Part shown: positions 10,316-19,454 of the stretch, one piece after another | Numbering within the stretch: the stretch's first letter is position 1 | Layout of the letters: each line of letters starts with the position of its first letter | Assembly: GCF_001465295.1 (NCBI RefSeq) | Contig: NZ_CP011034.1 | Span: 750,001 to 782,000 of the forward strand | Source: Pseudoalteromonas translucida KMM 520 | Lineage (GTDB): Bacteria > Pseudomonadota > Gammaproteobacteria > Enterobacterales > Alteromonadaceae | DNA: 32,000 bases | Reading direction: 5' to 3' | Notes under the pieces: generated by a model | The model's database searches: none | Seen by the model: only the letters and a program-made list of their open reading frames with translations | What the model was told of the DNA's origin: nothing | Position numbers and translations under genes: made by a program

Positions 10316-11485
10316 TTAAAATGCATACTTAACCGAGAATTGTAAACGGTCCATATCGCCATCGTTACCGCTTTCAAGCTCGCGCTCGGCATGCTTAAAC
10401 TCAGCACCAAAAGTTAAGCGTTTAACTGGTGAGTATAAAATGTTAGCACTGTAGCTTTGGCTTGATTTAGTTGGATCGCCTGTAAGGGCGAGTAAGTCTG
10501 TGTTGTTATCAGCACTGAAAAATGAATATAAGAAAGTTGAACGCCATTGGCTGTTCCACTTATGCTGATACGCTACAAAGCCAGAAGTTGAATCAATAGC
10601 ATCTAAATCATCGCCATTGAGTACTGCACCATGGGCTACATTAACACCAACATAACGGCCTAAGCCTTTACCTTGTGTAAGCATAAACTTAAAGTTGTCT
10701 TCGCCTAGTTTAACTATACCCGATGCACTAACACCAAATGATGTTTCATCGGCATCAATAGCACCTACTTTATAAGTAAGTTGACGAGCAAGTGCAGCAA
10801 CTACCAAGTTACCCCAGTCGGCTTTATGGGTATAACGTGCAGTAAAGTCAGGCAATGAAGCATCGTCGGTTACAGCCATACCGCCGCCAGCAGTAGTAAT
10901 GGTACTTTCTGGGTTTTCTAATGAGAAAGACCAAGCGCCAGTAGTGTATTTAACTTGGGTTTGGCGCACAAACACTGTGCCCTCTGCTGGGCCTATAAAA
11001 TCAAGTGCTTCAGGTAGTGCGCCGACGTTTTGAAAGTTAGACCATGTTTGGCCAAATAACCAACCATCGTAGCTAATAAATGCATGACGTACACGTGGAG
11101 CGTAAGAGTTAGATACACGCTCGTTACCACCAGGGGCAGAAGCTAAAAAATCGATTTCAATTTTGGTATTAATGGTTTTACCATTATCTAGTAATGTGGC
11201 TGTACCAAAGTTAAAACGAGATTCACGGGCATGCATATCAAATACAGCGTCAGAGCTATTGTCTGGGCCTACAGTTAGTGTGCTCGGTACGTAAAAGTCA
11301 CGACCAACGTTAGTGCCCGCTGGTGCGCCTGCAGAATAGTCACTCCACATAGCATCTAATTTAATGTATCCGCCGTAAGTAAATTCAGTATCTCCAACTT
11401 TCGCTGCAGTGGCTGCATAAGCTGTGCTTGAAAGTGCACATAGTACAGCACTTGCTGCAAGTGTTTTTAATGGGGTAAATTTCAT
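10316..11485 (-). CDS. Outer-membrane beta-barrel porin (possibly DcaP-like family)
   Basis: Signal peptide ending AYA-A. Alternating amphipathic beta-strand pattern, with GGYIKLDAMWSDY near the N-terminus. The C-terminus is ...LQFSVKYAF, with the terminal Phe typical of OMPs. The family name is a recollection only. Confidence 0.7.
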   Translation of the reverse strand: MKFTPLKTLAASAVLCALSSTAYAATAAKVGDTEFTYGGYIKLDAMWSDYSAGAPAGTNVGRDFYVPSTLTVGPDNSSDAVFDMHARESRFNFGTATLLDNGKTINTKIEIDFLASAPGGNERVSNSYAPRVRHAFISYDGWLFGQTWSNFQNVGALPEALDFIGPAEGTVFVRQTQVKYTTGAWSFSLENPESTITTAGGGMAVTDDASLPDFTARYTHKADWGNLVVAALARQLTYKVGAIDADETSFGVSASGIVKLGEDNFKFMLTQGKGLGRYVGVNVAHGAVLNGDDLDAIDSTSGFVAYQHKWNSQWRSTFLYSFFSADNNTDLLALTGDPTKSSQSYSANILYSPVKRLTFGAEFKHAERELESGNDGDMDRLQFSVKYAF

Positions 11486-11885
11486 TGTTGCGTCCTTTAT
11501 AGGCTACGTGTTGATTATTGCTTTTTATTTATCGAGTGTATTATTAACGAATAAAAGTTAATTTAAAAATTTTTAATTCGTTAAATAAAAATTAAAGCTA
11601 ATTAATGCAAATATTATAATACTTAGGTGAAGCACTTTTAAATATGTACACTATTTACTCAATCATCTATTAGTCTATAAGACTAAGGTGTAATGATTAC
11701 AATGTGATTATTTACTTACATTTAACATCATGTATTATTTATGTAAAAGTAATAAATAGCGCAGCGATTATAAACAACAAATTAGTAATTAGAATAGCTT
11801 TACAACTAAGGTCTAATACTTAATAGCGCATTGCTGAGTAATCCTTGGGAAAAGCCTAAGGCAAGTAATTTAAATGGAGACCAAG

Positions 11886-13826
11886 ATGTCAAAAAATATC
11901 TATCCAGTTCCTACGCATATTAAAAACACAGCTCTCGTCGATAACGATAAATATAATAAAATGTATAAACACTCGATTGATGATCCACAAAGTTTTTGGG
12001 CTGAACACGGTAAGCGCCTTGATTGGTTTACTCCTTATTCTAAAGTAAAAAATACCACCTTTGATAAAGGCCACATAAATATTAAGTGGTATGAAGATGG
12101 CTACCTTAATGCATCGTATAACTGTATTGACCGCCACTTAAAAACAAAAGCCAATAAAGTAGCGCTTATATGGGAAGGCGATAACCCATCGCAAAGTGAG
12201 CATATTACTTATCAGAAATTACACGATGAAGTAGCAAAGTTTGCTAATGGTTTAAAAAAGCTAGGCGTACAAAAAGGTGATCGCGTCGCTATTTATATGC
12301 CAATGAGTCCACAAGCTATTTACGCAATGCAAGCGTGTGCACGTATTGGTGCTATTCACTCAGTTATATTTGGTGGCTTTTCACCCTCTGCGATTGCCGA
12401 TCGTATTAAGGATTCGGGCGCAAAAGTGGTTATTACTTCAGACGAAGGACGCCGCGCTGGTAACTGTGTGCCACTTAAAGCAAACGTTGACGAAGCGGTG
12501 TTGCAAGAGTCTGTAACAAGTATAGAGCATGTTATTGTGCACCAACTTACCGGTGGTGATGTTGATTGGCACGACCATGATATATGGTGGCACGACTTAA
12601 TTGCAGATCAAGAGCCTGTGTGCGAGCCTGAGGCAATGAACGCTGAAGATCCGTTATTTATTTTATACACATCAGGGTCAACAGGTCAGCCAAAAGGCGT
12701 GGTACATACCACGGGTGGTTATTTAGTTTATGCATCGATGACACATGAATATATATTTGATGTAAAAGAGGACGATGTTTTTTGGTGTAGCGCCGATGTA
12801 GGTTGGATCACCGGGCACAGTTATATTGCTTATGGCCCGCTGGTAAATGGTTGTACCCAAGTTGTATTTGAAGGTGTACCTACTTACCCAACCGCAGGAC
12901 GTATGGGCGAAGTTGTTGATAAACACGGTGTTACTATTTTATATACCGCGCCTACCGCTATTCGTGCCTTAATGGCAAAAGGCGATGAGCCTGTAGCATC
13001 ATCTCATCGTAATAGTTTACGAATTTTAGGATCGGTTGGTGAGCCAATTAACCCAGAAGCGTGGAATTGGTATTACGAACAAATAGGTAAGTCAAATTGC
13101 CCTATCGTTGATACCTGGTGGCAAACAGAAACGGGTGGCATTATGATCACCCCATTACCAGGTGCTACCGATTTAAAACCAGGTTCTGCAACGCGTCCAT
13201 TTTTTGGTATTGCGCCGGCAATATTTGACGCTGAGGGTAATACGCTTGAGGGTGAAGCCGATGGTAACTTAGTTATTTTAGATAGCTGGCCATCGCAAGC
13301 TCGTACTATTTATGGCGATCATGAACGTTTTGAACAAACTTACTTTTCTACCTACCCAGGTGTGTATTTTTGTGGTGATGGCTGTCGTCGAGACGAAGAT
13401 GGTTACTATTGGATCACTGGTCGTGTAGATGATGTACTTAATATATCGGGGCATCGTTTAGGCACAGCTGAAATAGAAAGCGCACTGGTTGCACACCCAG
13501 CAGTAGCTGAAGCCGCTGTAGTAGGTTATCCGCATGATATTAAAGGCCAAGGTATTTATGTTTACATTACCCCTAACGAAGGTATAACAGTAAGCGATGA
13601 GTTAACCAAAGAAATTCGTAGCTGGGTTCGTAAAGAGTTAAGCCCAATTGCGTCACCCGATATGATTCAGTGGTCACCAGGGTTACCAAAAACGCGTTCT
13701 GGTAAAATAATGCGCCGAATTTTACGTAAAATTGCGGCCAACGAGCACGAACAACTAGGTGATACATCAACACTTGCCGATCCATCTGTGGTTGATGAGT
13801 TAATTGAAAATCGATTAAATCGTTAA
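11886..13826 (+). CDS. acs: Acetyl-CoA synthetase (AMP-forming)
   Basis: Alignable end to end with E. coli Acs ([112 protein letters not shown]). I prefer ATG 11886, with GGAGA 5 nt upstream, over the in-frame ATG at 11874. Confidence 0.95.
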   Translation: MSKNIYPVPTHIKNTALVDNDKYNKMYKHSIDDPQSFWAEHGKRLDWFTPYSKVKNTTFDKGHINIKWYEDGYLNASYNCIDRHLKTKANKVALIWEGDNPSQSEHITYQKLHDEVAKFANGLKKLGVQKGDRVAIYMPMSPQAIYAMQACARIGAIHSVIFGGFSPSAIADRIKDSGAKVVITSDEGRRAGNCVPLKANVDEAVLQESVTSIEHVIVHQLTGGDVDWHDHDIWWHDLIADQEPVCEPEAMNAEDPLFILYTSGSTGQPKGVVHTTGGYLVYASMTHEYIFDVKEDDVFWCSADVGWITGHSYIAYGPLVNGCTQVVFEGVPTYPTAGRMGEVVDKHGVTILYTAPTAIRALMAKGDEPVASSHRNSLRILGSVGEPINPEAWNWYYEQIGKSNCPIVDTWWQTETGGIMITPLPGATDLKPGSATRPFFGIAPAIFDAEGNTLEGEADGNLVILDSWPSQARTIYGDHERFEQTYFSTYPGVYFCGDGCRRDEDGYYWITGRVDDVLNISGHRLGTAEIESALVAHPAVAEAAVVGYPHDIKGQGIYVYITPNEGITVSDELTKEIRSWVRKELSPIASPDMIQWSPGLPKTRSGKIMRRILRKIAANEHEQLGDTSTLADPSVVDELIENRLNR

Positions 13827-13873
13827 ATGCGCGTTAAAAGCTTGATTACAAGTTGATTCTAAACGTAGTATAT

Positions 13874-13904
13874 CGGCTGTGCTCTACTAGATAGGGCACA
13901 GCCG
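13874..13904 (+). terminator. Stem-loop between acs and the response-regulator gene (weak terminator or attenuator)
   Basis: CGGCTGTGC (13874-13882) pairs with GCACAGCCG (13896-13904) across a 13-nt loop, followed by AATTTATT. That is a poor U-tract, so termination is probably partial. Confidence 0.35.
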
Positions 13905-13923
13905 AATTTATTAGGAGTGAACC

Positions 13924-14574
13924 ATGAGTCAGTTTTTAATAGCGGACGACCATCCGTTATTTCGTGAAGCACTAAAGGGTGCACTAACTGTAAAATTTGA
14001 CGATTTAGAAGTATTTGAATCATCTGATTTTGACAGTACATTGCAGGTGTTAAGCGAGCAAGAAGATCTTGATATATTACTGCTGGATTTACACATGCCA
14101 GGTAATGGTGATTTATACGGCCTTATTCGTATTAGAGAAGACTATCCTAGTTTACCTATTGCGGTGGTTTCGGGAAGTGAAGACGCTAATATTGTATCTA
14201 AAGTAATGGGTTATGGCGCAATGGGGTTTATTCCTAAGTCATCATCATCTGATGATATTGCCAATGCAATTAATCAAATACTCGAAGGCGATACTTGGTT
14301 ACCAACAGAATTAAAAAATAAAGTCGCCGAAATTCAAGGCGAAGACCGAGAAATTGCAGCGCAAGTTGCCTCACTTACCCCACAACAATACCGTGTTTTA
14401 CAATATCTGCACGAAGGTTTGCTAAATAAGCAAATAGCGTATGAGTTACATATTTCTGAAGCCACTGTGAAAGCGCATATTACCGCCATATTTAGAAAAC
14501 TCGGCGTATATAACCGCACACAAGCGGTATTAATTGCTGCAAAACTACAATTAGCACCTATAGAGCAAATATAA
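13924..14574 (+). CDS. Two-component response regulator, NarL/FixJ (LuxR-type HTH) family; no cognate kinase in the window
   Basis: REC domain (ADDHPLFREAL, DILLLDLHMPGNGD with the predicted phospho-acceptor Asp, then IPKSS). C-terminal LuxR HTH (LTPQQYRVLQYLHEGLLNKQIAYELHISEATVKAHITAIFRKLGVYNRTQAV). AGGAG lies 6 nt upstream of the ATG. Confidence 0.85.
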   Translation: MSQFLIADDHPLFREALKGALTVKFDDLEVFESSDFDSTLQVLSEQEDLDILLLDLHMPGNGDLYGLIRIREDYPSLPIAVVSGSEDANIVSKVMGYGAMGFIPKSSSSDDIANAINQILEGDTWLPTELKNKVAEIQGEDREIAAQVASLTPQQYRVLQYLHEGLLNKQIAYELHISEATVKAHITAIFRKLGVYNRTQAVLIAAKLQLAPIEQI

Positions 14575-14590
14575 AACAATGCATAGAATA

Positions 14591-14611
14591 GGGGCGCAAA
14601 GCCTCTTTTTT
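14591..14611 (+). terminator. Weak rho-independent terminator after the response regulator
   Basis: GGGGC-GCAAA-GCCTC (one G-U pair) followed by T6. Confidence 0.4.
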
Positions 14612-14723
14612 AGTCTTATTTACGCTTATACACGCAATTATCACAAGCTATTCACCTTTATTACATGATCTCCTATAAAAATAATGCTAGCTTACGGGCA
14701 TTTTATAATTAAGAGAACATGGT

Positions 14724-16325
14724 ATGTCAGACTCTTTAGACTCCACGGCCCAAAGTAGTAATGAAAGCGCAAATAAAGGCTGGTTTAACCGCTTTTTAGC
14801 CGGCGTAGAATTTTTAGGCAATATGCTACCGCATCCCATCACCTTATTTGCAATTTTCTGTATCGTAATTGTTGTATTTAGTGGGGTGGCGGATTGGTTT
14901 GGCCTAAGTGCAATCGATCCTCGACCTGAAGGCTCGCCTGGGCGCGAACTTGATGGTGTTATTGAAGTAGTGAGCTTACTTAGTGCCGAGGGGTTACAGC
15001 GTATTGTAACTGGCTTGGTAACTAACTTTACCAGCTTTGCACCACTGGGCACGGTACTGGTGGCTTTACTTGGTGTGAGTGTTGCGGAACACTCTGGACT
15101 GCTGTCTGCAGCAATGCGCGGCATGGTAATGGGCGCATCAAAGCGATTAGTGACCTTTATGGTGGTGTTTGCCGCTATTTTATCTAATACCGCGTCTGAG
15201 CTGGGCTATGTGGTGCTTATTCCATTAGCTGCAATGATATTCCATAGTTTAGGACGTCATCCATTAGCGGGCTTAGCAGCGGCGTTTGCAGGGGTGTCGG
15301 GTGGTTATAGTGCTAACTTATTATTAGGCACAATTGATCCCTTACTGGCAGGTATTACCACACCTGCGGCGCAAATGATCGATCCAACTTACCAAGTAGG
15401 CGCAGAAGCTAACTGGTATTTTATGATGGTGTCGGTGTTTTTAATTGCGATTTTAGGCACCCTAGTTACTGAAAAAATTGTTGAGCCACGTTTAGGTAAA
15501 TATAATCCTGAAGAGGCCAGTACTGATCTTGCACAAAATAATATTGCTGCGTTAACGGCCAAAGAAAAGTCGGGTTTAAAGTGGGCAGGCGTGTCGTTAT
15601 TAGTTGTATCGCTGCTACTTGCATGGACCATAGTGCCAGCCGATGGCATTTTACGTAATCCCGAAACCGGATTAGTAGCCCACTCACCCTTTTTGAAAGG
15701 CATAGTGGTGTTTATTTTTGTAACCTTTGGTATTCCGGGTTTTGTATATGGGCGCGTTGTTGGCACCATGAAAAACGACAAAGACGTAATAAATGCCATG
15801 AGTAAAAGTATGAGCTCAATGGGCATGTATATTGTACTAGTGTTTTTTGCTGCACAATTTGTCGCGTTTTTTAAATGGACCAATTTAGGCACTATTTTAG
15901 CAATTAACGGTGCTGCATTACTGCAAGCTTTAAACTTAACTGGCCCCGAAGTTTTTGTATTATTTATATTAATGTGTGCATTGGTTAACTTAAGCTTAGG
16001 GTCGTCATCGGCGCAATGGGCTGTTACCGCGCCTATTTTTGTACCTATGCTAATGTTAGTTGGTTACGCACCAGAGACCATTCAGGCGGCTTATCGTATA
16101 GGTGACTCGGTTACTAACTTAATAACACCAATGATGAGTTATTTTGGCTTGATCCTCGCTGTCGCTGCTAAATACAAAAAAGATATGGGTATAGGCACAC
16201 TGGTAGCCACTATGTTGCCATACAGTATGATATTTTTTGTTGGTTGGGTTATTTTGTTTTATTTATGGGTATTTGTGTTGGGTATGCCAGTAGGGCCAGG
16301 ATCACCCACTTATTACACGCCTTAA
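14724..16325 (+). CDS. AbgT-family transporter (p-aminobenzoyl-glutamate / MtrF-type)
   Basis: 533 aa and polytopic. It is collinear with E. coli AbgT (GNMLPHPITLFAI, FTSFAPLGTVLVALLGVSVAEHSGLL, GRHPLAGLAAAFAGVSGGYSANLL, WYFM, SPFLKGIV, ILAPIFVPM-like AVTAPIFVPMLMLVGY, PVGPG C-terminus). Confidence 0.88.
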   Translation: MSDSLDSTAQSSNESANKGWFNRFLAGVEFLGNMLPHPITLFAIFCIVIVVFSGVADWFGLSAIDPRPEGSPGRELDGVIEVVSLLSAEGLQRIVTGLVTNFTSFAPLGTVLVALLGVSVAEHSGLLSAAMRGMVMGASKRLVTFMVVFAAILSNTASELGYVVLIPLAAMIFHSLGRHPLAGLAAAFAGVSGGYSANLLLGTIDPLLAGITTPAAQMIDPTYQVGAEANWYFMMVSVFLIAILGTLVTEKIVEPRLGKYNPEEASTDLAQNNIAALTAKEKSGLKWAGVSLLVVSLLLAWTIVPADGILRNPETGLVAHSPFLKGIVVFIFVTFGIPGFVYGRVVGTMKNDKDVINAMSKSMSSMGMYIVLVFFAAQFVAFFKWTNLGTILAINGAALLQALNLTGPEVFVLFILMCALVNLSLGSSSAQWAVTAPIFVPMLMLVGYAPETIQAAYRIGDSVTNLITPMMSYFGLILAVAAKYKKDMGIGTLVATMLPYSMIFFVGWVILFYLWVFVLGMPVGPGSPTYYTP

Positions 16326-16364
16326 TAATACCTGAGTAATACAATGAGTATTATTTGATTGTTT

Positions 16365-16397
16365 AAAATGCCAGCATAATTTGCTGGCATTTTTGTT
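16365..16397. terminator. Bidirectional terminator between the convergent AbgT-family gene and purU
   Basis: A perfect 12-bp stem, AAAATGCCAGCA (16365-16376) with TGCTGGCATTTT (16382-16393), and a 5-nt loop. There are A/T runs on both sides. Confidence 0.7.
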
Positions 16398-17228
16398 TTA
16401 CGAAAACACCACGGTTTTATTACCGTTAATAAATAGCTTATGCTCTGAGGCAAGTTGTAGCGCTTTACAAAATACTGTTTTTTCTACATCTTTACCCATA
16501 TTGGCCATCATTTTTGCGGTTTCTGCGTGGGTTACAGGCGTAATATCTTGCAAAATAATAGGCCCTTCGTCTAACTCGTTATTGACAAAGTGAGCTGTGG
16601 CTCCGATTATTTTTACGCCACGTTCGAATGCTTGGTGATAAGGTTTTGCACCAATAAAAGCGGGTAAAAAAGAGTGATGAATATTAATGATTTTGCCCTC
16701 AAAGCGTTGCACAAACTCAGGGCTTAAAATACGCATATATTTAGCTAAACCAATAATGTCAGGATTATAGCTGGCAATTAAATCGCCTACTTGCTGATCG
16801 TGCTCGCTGCGTGTTAATCCCTCATGAGAGATAACATGAAAAGGAACATTAAGCCCTTTAGCAAGCGGCTCTAAAATAGGGTAGTTTGCTATAACGGCTT
16901 GCACTTCAATATTGAGCGCTTGTTCGAATTGCTTTAATAATACGCCACCTAAGCAATGTGCTTCTTTAGTAGCAAGTAACACAACTTTGGTTTTTGTACC
17001 ATTGTGTAAAGCCACTTTAGCGTCTGCAGGTAGTATTTCGCGTAGTAGTGGTAAAAAGTTACTTTGTGGCTCACCAGTGAGCTCTGTACGCATAAAAAAG
17101 CGTTTAGCGTCTTTGTCTACAAATTCATTATTACGTGTAATATTTAAATTATGCTGGTGGCAAAGCCCGGTGATTTTGGCTATTAGCCCTACATCATCGG
17201 CGCATTGTGTGGTTAGTATGTAGCTCAT
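16398..17228 (-). CDS. purU: Formyltetrahydrofolate deformylase
   Basis: N-terminal ACT domain (CADDVGLIAKITGLCHQHNLNITRNNEFVD, RFFMRTEL). Catalytic part KYMRILSPEFVQRFEGKIINIHHSFLPAFIGAKPYHQAFERGVKIIGATAHFVNNELDEGPII is near-identical to E. coli PurU. The start is taken as ATG 17228; the upstream TTG at 17246 is possible. Confidence 0.9.
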   Translation of the reverse strand: MSYILTTQCADDVGLIAKITGLCHQHNLNITRNNEFVDKDAKRFFMRTELTGEPQSNFLPLLREILPADAKVALHNGTKTKVVLLATKEAHCLGGVLLKQFEQALNIEVQAVIANYPILEPLAKGLNVPFHVISHEGLTRSEHDQQVGDLIASYNPDIIGLAKYMRILSPEFVQRFEGKIINIHHSFLPAFIGAKPYHQAFERGVKIIGATAHFVNNELDEGPIILQDITPVTHAETAKMMANMGKDVEKTVFCKALQLASEHKLFINGNKTVVFS

Positions 17229-17381
17229 TCTCTCATTCTTACCCAATTATAGATTGCTTTATTATTTGCGTTTTAGCGCATAAAGCAAGGGCTTTGTACG
17301 TTGTTACAGCGTTTAATTTAGAACAAGCATGACATTAAAGTGAGCAAAGTTAACTGGGGTTTAAAAAGGTATAGTTGCTGT

Positions 17382-17410
17382 TAAAAATGCCACTGATTGC
17401 CAGTGGCATT
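17382..17410 (-). terminator. Rho-independent terminator after the 629-aa membrane-protein gene
   Basis: AATGCCACTG (17386-17395), loop ATTGC, CAGTGGCATT (17401-17410). A T-run follows on the minus strand. It lies 23 bp after the stop codon. Confidence 0.7.
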
Positions 17411-17432
17411 GCATTATAATTAAATTACTGTG

Positions 17433-19322
17433 TTATGACTTGATTTCTGAGGCTAAATCATCTTGTTGTCTGATAAAGCCGGCGGCTTCTTCATCATTTT
17501 TTGTAATTGCACTTTGTTGTGTTGGCATAGCGCGTGTTTGCTGATTAAGCTGATGAATTTGCGACGCGTTACCTAAATCACGCTCACTGGTAATTGAGGC
17601 AATTGACTCGCGATCTTTTAAGAACGCAATCACATCGTTTTTAATTGCTTGTAACTGGCCTTCGTCTTTGTGCATTTCCATAATATGGCGTGGATGCTCA
17701 AGGTTTTTCATGCCTGTTGCTGCAAAAGTGGTGGTTACTATTCGCGAAACAATAACCCAAGGGGTAATGCTGCTACGTACTAACGTGTTTTCAGAGCGAG
17801 TGCTGTCGTGAATACCTGTACCGGTTGATATTTTAGACTCAGTAAATGTACCTTCACATTTAAAATAGACCAAAAGAGATTCAAATTGCATTTCAGCAAA
17901 AAATAAATGTGCATTGCTACTTAATAGCTGAGCAAAGGCTTTAATTAATACACCTATCAGTAATAAGTGTACGCTTGCCATTACTAGCTCGCTCATAGGT
18001 GAAATATGACGATTATTAAGTGCTTGCTCTATTGAATTGATATTTGCGCTATCAATATAACGATAAATATCGATGAAAGAGTAGGCTAATAATACTGTGA
18101 AAATAAGCGCGATTAAATACAGGAAGTTACCGCTAAGTAGCGCTAATAACCTAGCCATACTAAAGCCTTTACCTAAATCTAGTTCATGCAGTTTAGGCTG
18201 TATTTCTTGAATTATTTCTCCTTTAAAGCCGCCTTTTCCTTCTACTTGCTCTTGCAATTGTGGGTTGAGCTCGCGGTATACGCGATTAGGCACTTCTTTA
18301 TAACGACGGTTAGCCATTACTAGGTTATCTAGATTAATAAAAATTTCAGTAGGGTGTACAGACTCTTGCCAGTTTTCGCGCAGTTCAGATACCTCAGTGC
18401 TTGGTGTTATGGTATTTAATCGTGCTTTTAACATAGTAAAAACCAGTGCGCAGCTTAAGGTGGCTAAAATAATAATAGCGACTAAATACATACCCGCATG
18501 CAGGTTTGGTAGTTGTTCAAACCAAACATCTATTTGCGCTTTACTAATGCGTTGTTCTTGCATTAACCATGACATAGAAAGGCCAATAACAATGGGTAAA
18601 ATAAACGATAACGAAATAATTTTAGCCAGTGCACCACCACCAAGTGGTTCTATTTCTCTTGCAGCATTACGAGTCGTTGGTTTACCAGCCGAGCGCCATG
18701 AAAACAATACATAAAACATTAAAATGCTACTGTATATGGGAAATGCTAATTCGCCTGCTTCACCGGTAAAGCCCGACAAAGATACAAAAGCTACCAGTCC
18801 ATACGCAATAAGTGCCACAAAGGTACTTACCCATGAGCCAAATAATTGCTGGGCAATATTACGCATTGGGTAGGGTAAAAACATTAGTTTAGGAATAAGG
18901 CTATGCAACAAGCGAGATAAAAACCCTTTAGGCTCTTTAAAAGTAATGTTTTTACGACCCATAAGCATTTCTTCTAGTTCTTGGTCGTTATAGGCAACTT
19001 CTTTTTTTTCTTCTTTTGCGGTAGAACTTTGCGATTTACTGTAGTTATAAGCGAGTGACGTAGGGTGATTACGGCCAACAAAGTATTTTAGTGTGGCATA
19101 AATACCTGTTGAGAGTGAAGCAATGCCAAACCCTAAAATAATCATCCCAAAAAGCATCAAGATCCACCCGGCAGTTGCATCTTCTTTAACTAACCCTGCA
19201 GCAACAACAAGCAGCGTAATACCGGTAATTGACTCTATAGCACCTCTTAGCGCGGTTACTTTGCCTTCAAGTTTGAAGGGGTTTTTTAGTCCAAGATCAA
19301 TCGATCCATAATCAAAAGCCAT
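17433..19322 (-). CDS. Hypothetical polytopic membrane protein, no family recognised
   Basis: A 629-aa ORF with no competing ORF. AAGGA lies 8 nt upstream of ATG 19322. About 8-9 hydrophobic helices by eye (around residues 31-45, 52-78, 163-187, 193-210, 232-254, 277-299, 390-418 and 443-467). There is a charged ~90-aa loop at 300-388 and a ~150-aa soluble, Q/E-rich C-terminal tail. The gene has its own terminator. Confidence 0.6.
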   Translation of the reverse strand: MAFDYGSIDLGLKNPFKLEGKVTALRGAIESITGITLLVVAAGLVKEDATAGWILMLFGMIILGFGIASLSTGIYATLKYFVGRNHPTSLAYNYSKSQSSTAKEEKKEVAYNDQELEEMLMGRKNITFKEPKGFLSRLLHSLIPKLMFLPYPMRNIAQQLFGSWVSTFVALIAYGLVAFVSLSGFTGEAGELAFPIYSSILMFYVLFSWRSAGKPTTRNAAREIEPLGGGALAKIISLSFILPIVIGLSMSWLMQEQRISKAQIDVWFEQLPNLHAGMYLVAIIILATLSCALVFTMLKARLNTITPSTEVSELRENWQESVHPTEIFINLDNLVMANRRYKEVPNRVYRELNPQLQEQVEGKGGFKGEIIQEIQPKLHELDLGKGFSMARLLALLSGNFLYLIALIFTVLLAYSFIDIYRYIDSANINSIEQALNNRHISPMSELVMASVHLLLIGVLIKAFAQLLSSNAHLFFAEMQFESLLVYFKCEGTFTESKISTGTGIHDSTRSENTLVRSSITPWVIVSRIVTTTFAATGMKNLEHPRHIMEMHKDEGQLQAIKNDVIAFLKDRESIASITSERDLGNASQIHQLNQQTRAMPTQQSAITKNDEEAAGFIRQQDDLASEIKS

Positions 19323-19356
19323 TGAATATTCCTTTATAAAAGAATTTTATTGGGGG

Positions 19357-19395
19357 AATAAGTGTAATAAGCAGTTTATGCTTATTACACTTATT
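19357..19395 (-). repeat. 17-bp perfect inverted repeat (hairpin) between pelG and the downstream membrane-protein gene
   Basis: AATAAGTGTAATAAGCA (19357-19373), loop GTTTA, TGCTTATTACACTTATT (19379-19395); the arms are exact reverse complements. On the transcribed strand CCCCCAATAAAATTC follows, so there is no immediate U-tract. Confidence 0.8.
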
Positions 19396-19454
19396 TATTA
19401 GTTTTGGCATTATAAGCTTAGTTTAAGCCGATAGCCTGAAATATTAAGCGTTTA

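Noticed and set aside
11703-11718. A possible CRP site, TGTGA-TTATTT-ACTTA, upstream of acs (E. coli acs is CRP-activated).
   Set aside because: The left half is perfect, but the right half matches TCACA at only 2 of 5 positions. In DNA this AT-rich that is not distinguishable from chance.
13859-14041. A 60-aa minus-strand ORF spanning the acs-RR intergenic hairpin and the start of the RR gene.
   Set aside because: It overlaps the response-regulator start and RBS on the opposite strand, and shows no motifs or RBS.
14687-15124. A 145-aa minus-strand ORF, plus similar antisense ORFs: 2595-2780, 3183-3401, 5084-5335, 5793-6002, 6471-6692, 6913-7669 (several), 8890-9192, 11889-12137, 12723-12926, 13573-13785, 14334-14579, 15389-15892, 16912-17223, 18397-18714, 19123-19311, 20536-20718, 21000-21653, 22183-22690, 23801-24181, 25564-25755, 26130-26351, 27399-27743 and 29588-29995.
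   Set aside because: Each lies entirely inside, and antisense or out of frame to, a long ORF with strong family-level identity. The translations are low-complexity (S/T/A/C-rich), lack RBSs and show no recognisable motifs. They are typical shadow ORFs.
16381-16593. A 70-aa plus-strand ORF starting in the abgT/purU terminator.
   Set aside because: It begins inside the terminator stem and runs antisense through the conserved purU 3' end. It has no RBS.
17247-17381. A riboswitch (for example ZTP/pfl) or other structured leader upstream of purU.
   Set aside because: No GC-rich conserved core typical of the ZTP motif is present. There is only a weak 7-bp stem (GCTTTAT...ATAAAGC).
19002-19009. 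Homopolymer tracts inside coding regions as possible phase-variation switches: A8 on the coding strand of the orphan membrane gene, A8 in pelG codons 12-15 at 20776-20783, and A7 just after the pelF start at 22311-22317.
   Set aside because: Tracts of 7-8 A/T are expected in a ~40% GC genome wherever Lys codons cluster (EKKE, LKKN, EKN). They are shorter than typical contingency-locus repeats, and no frame-shifted alternative ORFs are evident.
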